Assembly: GCA_002328485.1 (NCBI GenBank)
Contig: DCUF01000009.1
Location: 1 to 48,453 of the forward strand
Direction: 5' to 3'
DNA length: 48,453 nt
From: Deltaproteobacteria bacterium UBA2221
GTDB lineage: Bacteria > Desulfobacterota > Syntrophorhabdia > Syntrophorhabdales > WCHB1-27
Below the pieces are notes generated by a model. The model was not told the DNA's origin and ran no database searches. It saw only the letters and a program-made list of their open reading frames with translations. A program made the translations under genes and the position numbers. Below are positions 28,101 through 37,546 of the stretch, piece after piece (position 1 is the first letter of the stretch; each line of letters starts with the position of its first letter).

Positions 28101-28991
28101 GTGAAGGTTCGGCGCTGGTTGCTTCTCCTCGCCCTTTTCTCTCTCACCCTTGTTCTTCCGAAGACGGCTGGCGCCCTTCAGGTGCCACCGTTGCAAGGTC
28201 ACGTAAACGACTATGCCAAGATTCTAACCCCATCCCAGGCAGGACGGCTGGAGACGAAGCTAACCGACTTCGAGAGGACTGATTCTACGCAGGTCGTCGT
28301 CCTCACCATCCCCTCTTTGGAGGGGGAAGACCTTGAGGGATACTCCATCAAGGTGGCGGAGGCCTGGAGGATAGGCTGGAAGGGCCTGGATAACGGAGTA
28401 ATACTCCTTATTTCTCAGGCGGACAAAAAGATCCGGATCGAGGTGGGCCGAGGCCTCGAGGGCAAACTGACCGACCTCGTTTCGGGCCGCATCATACGGA
28501 CTGCTATCGTCCCGTACTTTAAGAGAGGCGATTTTGATGGGGGGGTCGAGGCGGCTACATCCGCCATCATAGAGGTTGTAAGGGGCGAATTTAAGGCTCG
28601 CGAACAAGCGCCAGACGGGAGAACAAGCGCCAGAAGTTCCGGGTCCTCCCTGTTCACCCTCGCCGTCTTTCTCGTGATAGCCCTTCTGTTTCTGACGGCC
28701 ATTTCGAAGATTATAGGCGCTGTAGCTGGGGCGGTGGGTCTACCCATTGCAGGATCCCTTGCCTTTGGCGCCCTGTCTTTTCCCCTTCTGGCGGCCCTTG
28801 CAGTTGTCGGTCTTCTTTTGGGTCTATTTCTGGGCTTCCTTGCGGGACAGCGGCGTAGTGGATGGGACGGGAGGCCCTTCGTTGGCGGCGGTGGATGGGG
28901 TGGTTGGTCCGGTTCAGACTCCTCCGGCGGTGGTGACTTTAGCGGAGGTGGTGGTGACTTCGGAGGCGGCGGCGCCTCCGGAGACTGGTAG
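28101..28991 (+). CDS. TPM-domain (YgcG-like) membrane protein with Gly-rich tail
   Basis: VNDYA.IL, DNGVILLI, RIEVGRGLEG, GGGGDFGGGGASGDW. Start uncertain (GTG 28101 chosen). Confidence 0.85.
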   Translation: MKVRRWLLLLALFSLTLVLPKTAGALQVPPLQGHVNDYAKILTPSQAGRLETKLTDFERTDSTQVVVLTIPSLEGEDLEGYSIKVAEAWRIGWKGLDNGVILLISQADKKIRIEVGRGLEGKLTDLVSGRIIRTAIVPYFKRGDFDGGVEAATSAIIEVVRGEFKAREQAPDGRTSARSSGSSLFTLAVFLVIALLFLTAISKIIGAVAGAVGLPIAGSLAFGALSFPLLAALAVVGLLLGLFLGFLAGQRRSGWDGRPFVGGGGWGGWSGSDSSGGGDFSGGGGDFGGGGASGDW

Positions 28992-29012
28992 AAGGGCGGA
29001 GCAAAGATCATC

Positions 29013-29687
29013 ATGAAGATCAGGGCAAAGGATTTCTTTAGCAGGACTGAAAAGGAGAGGATAAAGAAGTCGGTAAGGGCCGCTGAAGTCCAAACGAGCG
29101 GTGAGATCGCCGTGATGCTGGTCAACGAGAGCGACCGGTACCGGGAAGCAGAGGTTGCGGGCACGGTCGCTGTAGCCAGCCTGGCCTCGACGGTCATCGC
29201 CCTCGTTCTCGATCATCTGATCGCCTCTTCCTGGGCCGTCGTCCCAGACCCCCATTATACGTCCATCTGGTTTTGGATTCCCTCCACTGTCGTTCTTTTG
29301 GTGCCGGTTTGGTGCCTTTTCAGACTCTTCCCACCCCTCAAGCTCGCCCTTGTCGGTGAAAAGAGGGTTGAGTCGGCCGTCAGAGAACAGTCGCTCCTCT
29401 CCTTCTACAAGAAGGGGCTTCACAGGACGAGGAGCCGGACAGGTATTCTCATTTTTATCTCTCTTTTGGAACGAAAGGTACGTATTATGGGCGATCAGGG
29501 CATCCATGCCAAGATAGGGCAAGGGTTTTGGGATGTCAGGGCCGGCGAGTTGGTTAAGGGCATACGGGAAGGCAGGACTCTCGACGCCCTCACCGAGGTG
29601 ATTAAGAAATGCGGGGAAGAGTTGGCAATCCATTTCCCTTCTTGTCCGGACAACCCTGACGAAATACCGAATGATGTGATCTGCTGA
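29013..29687 (+). CDS. TPM-domain membrane protein
   Basis: AEVQTSGEI, TRSRTGILIFIS..ERKV, D.GI, NPDEIPN. Usual third gene of lemA operons. Confidence 0.87.
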   Translation: MKIRAKDFFSRTEKERIKKSVRAAEVQTSGEIAVMLVNESDRYREAEVAGTVAVASLASTVIALVLDHLIASSWAVVPDPHYTSIWFWIPSTVVLLVPVWCLFRLFPPLKLALVGEKRVESAVREQSLLSFYKKGLHRTRSRTGILIFISLLERKVRIMGDQGIHAKIGQGFWDVRAGELVKGIREGRTLDALTEVIKKCGEELAIHFPSCPDNPDEIPNDVIC

Positions 29688-29714
29688 TGGAGGAAGGCGA
29701 ATTACTGGTCCCGC

Positions 29715-30977
29715 CTATGGGGCGATTGACCTTCTCACCTCTTGCGGAAGGCTCTCGACGTTGAGGGGCAGATCCCTCTGGCTCCCGTCTTTCATATCAC
29801 GAAGGATGACGCTTCCCCTCTCGAGCTCTTGATCTCCCAGGATCAAAACATAATCGGCTTTGATAGCAGCAGCGTACTTCATCTGAGACTTGAGGGATCG
29901 ACCTCCCGATGTATAGGAGAGGGCCATCTCCTCCTGAATGAACGCCTTTAACAGAGGGACGATGAACCGGGAGGCCTTTTCACCAACTGCGGCGAGGAAG
30001 AACTGTGGTCGATCACGGCCCGCCGGTGCGGGCACCAGCAGCGCGAGTCGCTCCATGCCTATGGCAAAACCGCTCCCCGGGGTGGACGGACCCCCTATCT
30101 CCTGAACGAGGTTGTCATACCGGCCTCCTGCTGCAAACGCCTTTTGCGCCCCCAGGTCGTCAGAGGTGACCTCGAACACCGCCCTCGTATAATAGTCAAG
30201 ACCTCGGACCAGTCGCTTATTAACGGTGACGGGGACGCCAAAGGTATCCAGGAGAGAAAGGTAGCTCTCGAACTCAGATCTACACTCGGGGCAGAGGTGG
30301 TCGAAAAGGAGGGGGGAGGCCCGCATCAGTTGGGCACACTGGTCGTTCTTGCAATCAAAGACGCGAAGCGGATTCCTATCCATTCTAGCCCTGCAGTCCT
30401 CGCAGAGGTAATCCTCCTGAGAACGGAGGTAGTCCACAAGGGCAGACCGAAAGGCTTCCCTGCAACCCTTGCACCCAACACTGTTGACCTCAAACCGGTA
30501 GCTGGGGACGCCCAGGTCCGTCAACATGAGCCAGATCATCCAGAGAAGCTCAGCATCCAACGATGAGTCGGGAATGCCGAAGACCTCCACGTCCAGTTGG
30601 TGAAATTCCCTGAACCTGCCCTTCTGCGGTCGCTCATGGCGGAACATAGGACCGATAGTAAAAAGTCGGCTGATCCTTTCCTTTGCATAGAGTCCCGCCT
30701 GCAAATAGGCTCGGACGATGCCGGCCGTGGCCTCCGGTCTCATGGTCAGCGACTCGCCGCTTCTGTCATTAAAGGTGAACATCTCTTTTTCGACGATATC
30801 GGTGGCATCGCCGATGCTTCTCACGAAAAGATCCGTTTTTTCGAGGACGGGGATCTCCATCTCCCTGTAGCCGAGGAGCCCAAAGTACCTCCGGGCCACA
30901 CCTTCGATGAGCCTGAACTTCTCTACCTCTTCTCCAAAGATGTCCCTGAATCCTCTTAGCGCTTGTAGTTTCTGCAT
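29715..30977 (-). CDS. hisS: histidine--tRNA ligase
   Basis: RGFRD, KEMFTF, RPEATA, FRHERPQKGRFREFHQ, LVRGLDYY, GGRYD. Confidence 0.97.
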   Translation of the reverse strand: MQKLQALRGFRDIFGEEVEKFRLIEGVARRYFGLLGYREMEIPVLEKTDLFVRSIGDATDIVEKEMFTFNDRSGESLTMRPEATAGIVRAYLQAGLYAKERISRLFTIGPMFRHERPQKGRFREFHQLDVEVFGIPDSSLDAELLWMIWLMLTDLGVPSYRFEVNSVGCKGCREAFRSALVDYLRSQEDYLCEDCRARMDRNPLRVFDCKNDQCAQLMRASPLLFDHLCPECRSEFESYLSLLDTFGVPVTVNKRLVRGLDYYTRAVFEVTSDDLGAQKAFAAGGRYDNLVQEIGGPSTPGSGFAIGMERLALLVPAPAGRDRPQFFLAAVGEKASRFIVPLLKAFIQEEMALSYTSGGRSLKSQMKYAAAIKADYVLILGDQELERGSVILRDMKDGSQRDLPLNVESLPQEVRRSIAP

Positions 30978-30983
30978 TATCCT

Positions 30984-32612
30984 CTAGAGCTCTATGACGC
31001 TGGCCTCGATCATGCCATCGATAGCCAGGATCTGTTTCATTACCTCAGGTTCTATGGGGCAGTCTACGGACACAAAGGCGATCTCCTCGCCTGTTACCTG
31101 TCTCGAAAGACTCAGGCCAGCGATATTGACGTTGTGATCCCCCAGAATGGTGCCCACCCTGCCAACGACACCCGGTCGGTCAAAGATGCGGAAGTTAAGA
31201 AAGGTCCCATCGGGTATGATGTCCAGTCTGAAACCGTCCAGAAGAACGACCCTGCCCCGACTATCGGAGAATACCGTCCCTCCGAACAACGTCTCACCCT
31301 TATCCGTACGAACAATAAAAACAAGCAAATCGTTGAACTTCTCGAAGTGTTCGGCCTTCGACTCCTGGACAACCACGTTCTGGTCCTGGGCCAGATAGGG
31401 GGCGTTGAGAAAGGTAACCGTTTCCTGGTGGCTCACGGCAAGAAAACCCTTTAACGCGGCGACCGTAAAGGGCTGGAAGCTGAAGGGGACGTCAAACTTT
31501 CTCTCGCACAGGTCCTCCTCGAAGCCCTTGCCTACCATCACAACCCTGATTTCCTCCGCCCTGCCCTTGATGATCTGGGCAGCGAGCTTTCCCATCTTCT
31601 CGGCCAGATCAAAATAGAGCTGGGCGCGGTCGGGAAGCTGAGACTTGATGAAGGGGATATTTACCCCATTCTGATAGGGCCTTCCATTGAGTGCATTGAC
31701 CAACTGCTCGCAAAGAATGACGGAAACAGCCTTCTGGCCCTCCCAGGTGTTGGCTCCGATGTGAGGTGTGACAAACAGGTTATCGACCTCCAGAAGCTTG
31801 CTCTTGAACGGCGGCTCGGTCTCAAATACGTCCACCCCGGCGGTAAAAACCTTTCCCGACTTCAGGGCATCGTAGAGGTCATTTTCATTGACTATCCCGC
31901 CCCTTGCGCAGTTGATGATAATCACACCATCCTTCATCGTGTTGATCTCTGCCGCTGTAACCATGTTCCGGGTCTTGTTGGTCAAAGGGGTGTGGAAGGT
32001 GATTACGTCCGATTCACGGAGAAGCTTGTCAAACTCCTCGTACAGACTGACTCCAAGGTCATCGGCTTTGCTCTTTTTTATAAAGGGGTCAAAGGCGATC
32101 ACCCTCATGCCGAAGCTCTTTGCCCGGATAGCAACATTGCTTCCTATCCGTCCAAGCCCCACTATACCAAGGGTCTTATTGTACAGTTCCACGCCCATGA
32201 ACTGCTTCCGATCCCACGAGCCCGCTTTGAGCGAGTTGTTGGCCAAAGGAATTTTTCGAGCGGCGGACAGCATGGCACCCATGGTGAGTTCGGTAGCTGC
32301 GAGGGTATTCCCCGTCGGGGCATTCATGACGATGATCCCTTTCTTGCTTGCCGCCTCGATATCGACGTTCTCAAGACCAACGCCTGCCCTTCCGATGATC
32401 TTCAGCTTGCCCGGTCTCTCCAACACACCGGCCTTGATGGAGGTTCCGCTCCTGGTAACCACAGCGTCATATTCTCCGATGATATTCGTCAGCTCATCGC
32501 TTTTGATGCCCGGCTTAATATCTACATCGATGTCGCCACCCCTCTTCAGGGTGTCGATGCCTTCTTCTGCAATGTTATCTGTGACGAGGACTTTGAACCT
32601 TTCCCTTTCCAT
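30984..32612 (-). CDS. serA: D-3-phosphoglycerate dehydrogenase (long form with ASB and ACT domains)
   Basis: GRAGVG, GLGRIG, NCARGG, DVF..EP, TPHIGA, DRPGVVG ACT domain. Confidence 0.93.
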   Translation of the reverse strand: MERERFKVLVTDNIAEEGIDTLKRGGDIDVDIKPGIKSDELTNIIGEYDAVVTRSGTSIKAGVLERPGKLKIIGRAGVGLENVDIEAASKKGIIVMNAPTGNTLAATELTMGAMLSAARKIPLANNSLKAGSWDRKQFMGVELYNKTLGIVGLGRIGSNVAIRAKSFGMRVIAFDPFIKKSKADDLGVSLYEEFDKLLRESDVITFHTPLTNKTRNMVTAAEINTMKDGVIIINCARGGIVNENDLYDALKSGKVFTAGVDVFETEPPFKSKLLEVDNLFVTPHIGANTWEGQKAVSVILCEQLVNALNGRPYQNGVNIPFIKSQLPDRAQLYFDLAEKMGKLAAQIIKGRAEEIRVVMVGKGFEEDLCERKFDVPFSFQPFTVAALKGFLAVSHQETVTFLNAPYLAQDQNVVVQESKAEHFEKFNDLLVFIVRTDKGETLFGGTVFSDSRGRVVLLDGFRLDIIPDGTFLNFRIFDRPGVVGRVGTILGDHNVNIAGLSLSRQVTGEEIAFVSVDCPIEPEVMKQILAIDGMIEASVIEL

Positions 32613-32721
32613 CCGGGCACCTTCGCTCAAGATTCCCACGGGCCAATATCCGTGGCGTTAGATAGCTTCCGAAGAGGGTTTGTATCTCTCTAGATACCAA
32701 CCGGCCCCAAGAATATACGAG

Positions 32722-32750
32722 AGGATATCATCGGCATGGCGAAAAATCAA
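32722..32750 (-). promoter_or_regulatory. sigma70 promoter of serA-hisS
   Basis: Minus strand TTGATT-17 bp-TATCCT with a TG extension. Confidence 0.5.
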
Positions 32751-32858
32751 GATTCTGTATACATTTAGGGGCCATAACGCGGATTGACAACGGCCCGTCG
32801 ACGGGAAGCTCTTTCAGCAAGACAGATGTGACTTTTATGCCTGCCCTTCGATCGGTAA

Positions 32859-33335
32859 TTATGCAGAATGCTCTGCTTCTTGTATCCTATTCCTTATTTC
32901 CTTGAATCGTTTACCGATCTCCTCTGTATCGGCCACAAGTTCCATAAATCCAGCCTGCTCCTGGTACACGTCCTGAGGAACGGCCTTTTTCACCTCCGGT
33001 TCAAGGATATGATAGACGGGGAGTCTCAACGAGACCCCTGCCAGTGGACCGGCAAAGCTAGGATCGCCGAAGGTTACGGTTTCCGCAGTAACCTGAGCGA
33101 CTTCCGGATCAGCAGCCCCGATGACCACCACCAGATCCTGAATCCCCATCTCATCCACCAATTTCTTGATGATGGTCTGCTTCTCCGTGTCCACTGCGCC
33201 TGCCGACGTTCAGACGAAACACTCTGTTACGGTCAGAATCACCTCCGCCCCGGCCGCTTTCATGCACACCGCGATAGCAGGACCCGGCACACCATCCCTC
33301 TCTCCAAAAACGATGACTTTTTTTCCTTTTAACAT
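32859..33335 (-). CDS. grdA: glycine/sarcosine/betaine reductase selenoprotein A (158 aa, Sec at codon 42)
   Basis: ATG 33335 gives MLKGKKVIVFGERDGVPGPAI...TECFV-TGA(33212-33210)-TSAGAVDTEKQ, in frame with track ORF 32859..33194 (GDPSFAGPLAGV.LRLPVYH). CxxU motif. Confidence 0.95.
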
Positions 33336-33358
33336 GGCCCTCTCCCTCCCTGAATTTT

Positions 33359-34819
33359 CTAAAGTGGATTGGGTACCCTCCCCCCGGGATTCTTCTCGAT
33401 AAGAAAGGACAGACCGTCTGAAAGCTGGGTCATCCTCCCCAGAAAGAGACTGCCCCGTGCAACAAACATGGCATTGTTCATTTTCCCCCGTTTGATGGCG
33501 GCAATGGCGTGCCCCAGGAAGGAGACCGCAGCCGGTATGTGTCCCTGAGTGGGGGAAAACCCGGGCATGCCGTGTTCCAGAACGAACCGGTCGATCTCCT
33601 CACGCTCAATCTCCTTTCGGAGGACCGCAAGGGCGCCGATCATCCGGTAGTTGGTGAGCGGCACATTGCCGCTTCCGGCAGGGGCCGTCACCTCCGGGTT
33701 CTGCAGTTCAACAGCGTACTTGTCCACATCGGTAATCTTCTTTCCCATACGATCGAGAGGCTTCAGAACGAGTGATTCCATGATGCTCTGCTGCGACGAG
33801 CCGGAGCCGATGTCATGCTTACCGACGCTATCCATACGGACCAGGGGACTCTCCCCATCATCGCCGGTCACCAGAAACGCGAGACCCCCCAGCACATCCT
33901 CCAGGATGGGCATATCCTTGGCAAGATGACCCTTAAATTTCATCCCCAGCTTGGCCAACGATCCTCCTCCCACTACCACGATCTTCTTGAACAAGCCTGA
34001 CGTGACCAGACCGACCGCATGCATGAGGGCATAGAGTGGACCCACGCAAAAAGCCTTGATGTCGCAGCCCGTGGCAGAGACACAGCCGCACATCTCTCCA
34101 ATGGCCTTGGCAAGGCCGCCTCCTCCCCGGTTGTACCGGTCTCCCACAGCTTCCTCAGAACAGTTCAGAAGAAGGTCGATGTCCGTTGCCTCGATGTCAG
34201 CCTTCTTGAGCAGATGCATCAACGCCAGGGCCCCCGAAGCCTTGGTTACAAGGTTTTCCATCAACACCTGAGCCTTGAGGGCGTCATCTTTATCGTGATG
34301 GCGGTGCATGCAACCCACAACGCAGCCACGATGATACAGGGGAAGCGATCCGTGGTTTTGAATCCTTTCAAGGATACGCGCCATTTCCACCCCACCTTCG
34401 ATCTTCCCCGAATCCAAATCCTTCCGGAAGGGATGGGTCTGGAGCGATCCTCTGAGCATCGGCGCGGTCTCCTTGCCAATCCACATAAGATCGAAATCGT
34501 CGGCGAGCTTCATCAACCCGAGGAACTCCTCTTCGGGCATGATCTCACCATAGGCGCCATATCTCGAAGCGCCCTCCACGGGAGACCGGTACCAGGGTTT
34601 TTCAATATCGTTCAGGTGATCGGGGTGGAGATTGCCGATAACGACCTGATTGGGAGGATATGTCACCGCCTCCTCAAAGCTGCGGAGATGGGTCTCGATG
34701 GCGGACAAAACGGGGGACATGCCGTCGTCTATCTCCCGGCTCGGCTTTGACCCGTAACGCACGAGGCTGGGTACATGAATGAGAACGTGGGAACATGCTT
34801 TGATGACGGGGTCGCTCAT
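33359..34819 (-). CDS. grdC: glycine reductase complex component C subunit beta (KAS-III/thiolase-like)
   Basis: YPPNQV.IGN, CSEEAVGDRYNRGGG..AKAIGE, AFCVGP, AKLGM, ELQNP, PGFSPTQGHIP, GSLFLGRMT. Confidence 0.92.
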   Translation of the reverse strand: MSDPVIKACSHVLIHVPSLVRYGSKPSREIDDGMSPVLSAIETHLRSFEEAVTYPPNQVVIGNLHPDHLNDIEKPWYRSPVEGASRYGAYGEIMPEEEFLGLMKLADDFDLMWIGKETAPMLRGSLQTHPFRKDLDSGKIEGGVEMARILERIQNHGSLPLYHRGCVVGCMHRHHDKDDALKAQVLMENLVTKASGALALMHLLKKADIEATDIDLLLNCSEEAVGDRYNRGGGGLAKAIGEMCGCVSATGCDIKAFCVGPLYALMHAVGLVTSGLFKKIVVVGGGSLAKLGMKFKGHLAKDMPILEDVLGGLAFLVTGDDGESPLVRMDSVGKHDIGSGSSQQSIMESLVLKPLDRMGKKITDVDKYAVELQNPEVTAPAGSGNVPLTNYRMIGALAVLRKEIEREEIDRFVLEHGMPGFSPTQGHIPAAVSFLGHAIAAIKRGKMNNAMFVARGSLFLGRMTQLSDGLSFLIEKNPGGRVPNPL

Positions 34820-34829
34820 GGCTCACCTG

Positions 34830-36125
34830 TCAGAAAACCGTCTGTTCTTCAATTTTCGTCTCTAATGCCCTGAGGGCCTTCTCCACCAGCGCTCTTCGTA
34901 ACAGCTTTTCCTCCTTGTTGGACTTGGCAGGATTGCCCAAAGGGTAAGGAATGGCGATGGCGGGGACTATTCGGTTTGCCCCCACCGTCCTGGAGATGGG
35001 AACCACAGTGCAGATGTGAACCGTCGGGATTCCGGCTCTTTCGATTTCCTTAGCCATCGTTGCCCCGCAACGAGTGCAGGTCCCTCAGGTGGAGGTGATA
35101 ATAACGGCCTGGACGCCGTCGCTTATGAGGTCCTTCGCAATCTCCCTGGCAAATTGTACGGCTCTTGCTACGGACGTGCCATTCCCGACGGTGGCATAGT
35201 AGTAGGGATAGAGTGCATTGATCACCCCTTCCCGTTCAAGGTCTCTTAGCACGTCCAGGGGTAGCACCCGGTTCGGGTCTTCGTTGGCATAGGTGGGATC
35301 ATACCCCCCATGGACCGTTTCATGGGATTTAGCGGTCAATCCTTGGAACGCGCCGATGGCGTACTTTCCATACCTGGTCGCACTGGACGATTCCATACGG
35401 TCAGGGTTTCCCCTGGGTACAATCCCTCCCGTGGTAATGAGGGCAAGGGTGATTTCACTCATCTTTTTCACAGGAGGGAGGGGCGTCACCCGGTCAAAAA
35501 CCGGCATGGGATATTCAGTTACGAAAGGTTCCCCCTTTAATTTCTTGAGGAGCATGGTCACTGCCCTCGACGCACCGGTCTCGGGTGCAAAGTAGTTGCT
35601 GCGAAGGCCCCGCGGGATGTACCCCTCCTCTTCAGGCGACCCTATGGGTTCCCCTTTCGCCAGCTTCAGGGCAAGGCGGCTCATCTTTGCCGCCCCATCC
35701 CTCATACCTGCCGTCGTGCCCTTTGTTTCCACAATATAGATGGCCTTGCGGAAGGATTCTACCCCCGGATTTTCGGGGAACATCCCGGTCACAGCGGGAA
35801 TCCCCAAACGGTTCATGACTGCCGCACATATTGCACCGCATGCGATTCCGTATCTCCCCGCATTGAATGCCGGCCCAGCCAGTACGAAATCCGCACCGTA
35901 ATCGGTGATCATGGCGAGGACTCTCTCTGTCGCCTCGTCGATGTGTTCGACGAAATAGTTGTCACCGCAGACGATCGTTGCCACGATTCTCGCTTCCGGT
36001 CCGAGCAGTTCCTGAAAAAGGACCCCGGGACCCACAGGGCCATCCTTCACGAGCGGTTCGGTACCGGCCTTGTCTTCTGCCCCCACCTGACCAAAAAACT
36101 GATTCAAATAGTGTACGATCCTCAT
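34830..36125 (-). CDS. grdB: glycine reductase complex selenoprotein B (431 aa, Sec at codon 347)
   Basis: Track ORFs 35085..36125 and 34830..35057 are in frame across TGA 35087-35085, giving ITST-U-GTCTRCGATMAKEIER (UxxCxxC). N-terminus has HYLNQFF and GPAFNAGRYG. Confidence 0.95.
35057..35073 (-). promoter_or_regulatory. bacterial SECIS element of grdB
   Basis: Hairpin UCGUUGC-GGG-GCAACGA begins exactly 11 nt after the UGA and has a G-rich loop. Confidence 0.75.
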
Positions 36126-36149
36126 CCTGTTGCGTTAACCTCTGCGTTC

Positions 36150-37439
36150 CTACTCCTCCCGGGCCGATAAGAGCCCGAAGCCAAGTTCATTCGTTGCCCC
36201 CAAAATCGCCTGAAGTTCGACGGCAACGTCTTGTTTGGCAACGCTGCCGCACGGTATCCCCGCCATCTTTTCAATAACCCGGACATCCCCGATCACCTTA
36301 TCCATGGGCGGCAACGAGATCCGTTCGTTGGCGTTGCCTGCGCTCACCACGGCATCGGCCCGCGGGCTCGTATCGGCGAGGGACTGGGATGCCCCGTCCA
36401 CCCCGGCAAACTCATCGGCGATCATAACGGTGCGGATCCCCTTTTCCTCCAGTCCGGTACAATACATCATGGCATCGGCATCGGGATTTCCGAAGCCCTC
36501 TTTGGTGATGATGGCCCCGTCGGCGCCCAGCGACTCAACCACCTTGACCCCATACTGTGCCGATCGCATCTTGTCCCGGAGCGTGACATTGCAGTTGCCG
36601 ACAACGGTCCCGAGGAATCGCAGATCCACCCCATCCCGCCTGAAAAGCTCCTGGATCACGGGATTGTTCTGGTGGTGGTAGGTCGTGTTCTTATCGCAGG
36701 CAGAGACGCAATTCCCGCTCACAATGGCACCGTCCATGACCTCGGTACCCATCATGATAGTAGGAAGGAGGCTTGCCACGTTCTGTCCGTAAAGGTAGGT
36801 GTCATGGAGTAGCCCCTGGCTCAACAACATGTAGACATAGACTAAGCCAGGCAGATCGTTATTTTCCCCTTTTCGTCTGAAAGGCGGACGCACCTCGAAG
36901 CGGTCCATAGCTACGGGCTCTACCCTCCGTCCCGCTTCTCCCAGATAGGTGGCCGCACGTAATCCAGCCAGGCGCAGGGCCTCCTCGTGCTCGTGTTGGG
37001 AAATGCCGTGCTTGACATCAATCGCCAGCACAACATTCAGGGTTTTTGAAAAGGGCGAGTACCGTGCCCCCGGGCCGCTCATATCGATTAGTCCCTCCTG
37101 GACCCCCACGACCTGCCCCGCCGTAACCACAGCACATCCCCGGAGCACATGGGTACGGCCGCTTCCTACACTTTCAACGCCGGAGATCAGCCCAGGGAAT
37201 ATCCCCCCCTTTCCTTCGACCTTAACCCTGGGTTCGATAACGTCCTTGACGGGAACAATCCGCACGCTCTCACCGGGTTTTGCAATGTGGGCAGTGGCAG
37301 AGGCAATGCGGGGATCGTCCCCCCTCGCCTTCTCGATCAGCTCTTCACGATGGACGCAAAGGACAGCGTCCTGTACGAATGTTTTTGGCCCCCACTCGAT
37401 TTCTTCAATGGGTATGTAGCCCAGTTCAAGAACCGTCAT
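36150..37439 (-). CDS. grdE: glycine reductase component B proprotein (alpha/beta subunits)
   Basis: PVKDVIEPR, G.IDMSGPGA, QGLLHDTY, DGAIVSGNCVSACDKNTTY, EGFGNPDAD, DAVVSAGN. SD GAGGTG. Confidence 0.92.
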   Translation of the reverse strand: MTVLELGYIPIEEIEWGPKTFVQDAVLCVHREELIEKARGDDPRIASATAHIAKPGESVRIVPVKDVIEPRVKVEGKGGIFPGLISGVESVGSGRTHVLRGCAVVTAGQVVGVQEGLIDMSGPGARYSPFSKTLNVVLAIDVKHGISQHEHEEALRLAGLRAATYLGEAGRRVEPVAMDRFEVRPPFRRKGENNDLPGLVYVYMLLSQGLLHDTYLYGQNVASLLPTIMMGTEVMDGAIVSGNCVSACDKNTTYHHQNNPVIQELFRRDGVDLRFLGTVVGNCNVTLRDKMRSAQYGVKVVESLGADGAIITKEGFGNPDADAMMYCTGLEEKGIRTVMIADEFAGVDGASQSLADTSPRADAVVSAGNANERISLPPMDKVIGDVRVIEKMAGIPCGSVAKQDVAVELQAILGATNELGFGLLSAREE

Positions 37440-37546
37440 GAATCCCACCTCGACCAAAGGAGCCCGCAAAAAGTATGCTCAATGGAATATTCCCAAACGG
37501 CGCAAGGGATTCTTCCACCGCCATTTCCGGTATTCCTAACCTCCTT

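Noticed and set aside
31761-32693. Long antisense or overlapping ORFs (e.g. 31761..32693, 31888..32661, 14363..15187, 28415..29197, 34019..34750)
   Set aside because: They are shadows of well-supported genes on the opposite strand and carry no motifs of their own.
34830-35057. Track ORFs 34830..35057 and 32859..33194 as independent small genes
   Set aside because: They are the post-selenocysteine parts of grdB and grdA.
37426-37546. Short ORF after AAGGAGG in the kbl-grdE gap
   Set aside because: The SD is about 15 nt from the ATG and the peptide has no recognisable features. It is far too short to be grdD.
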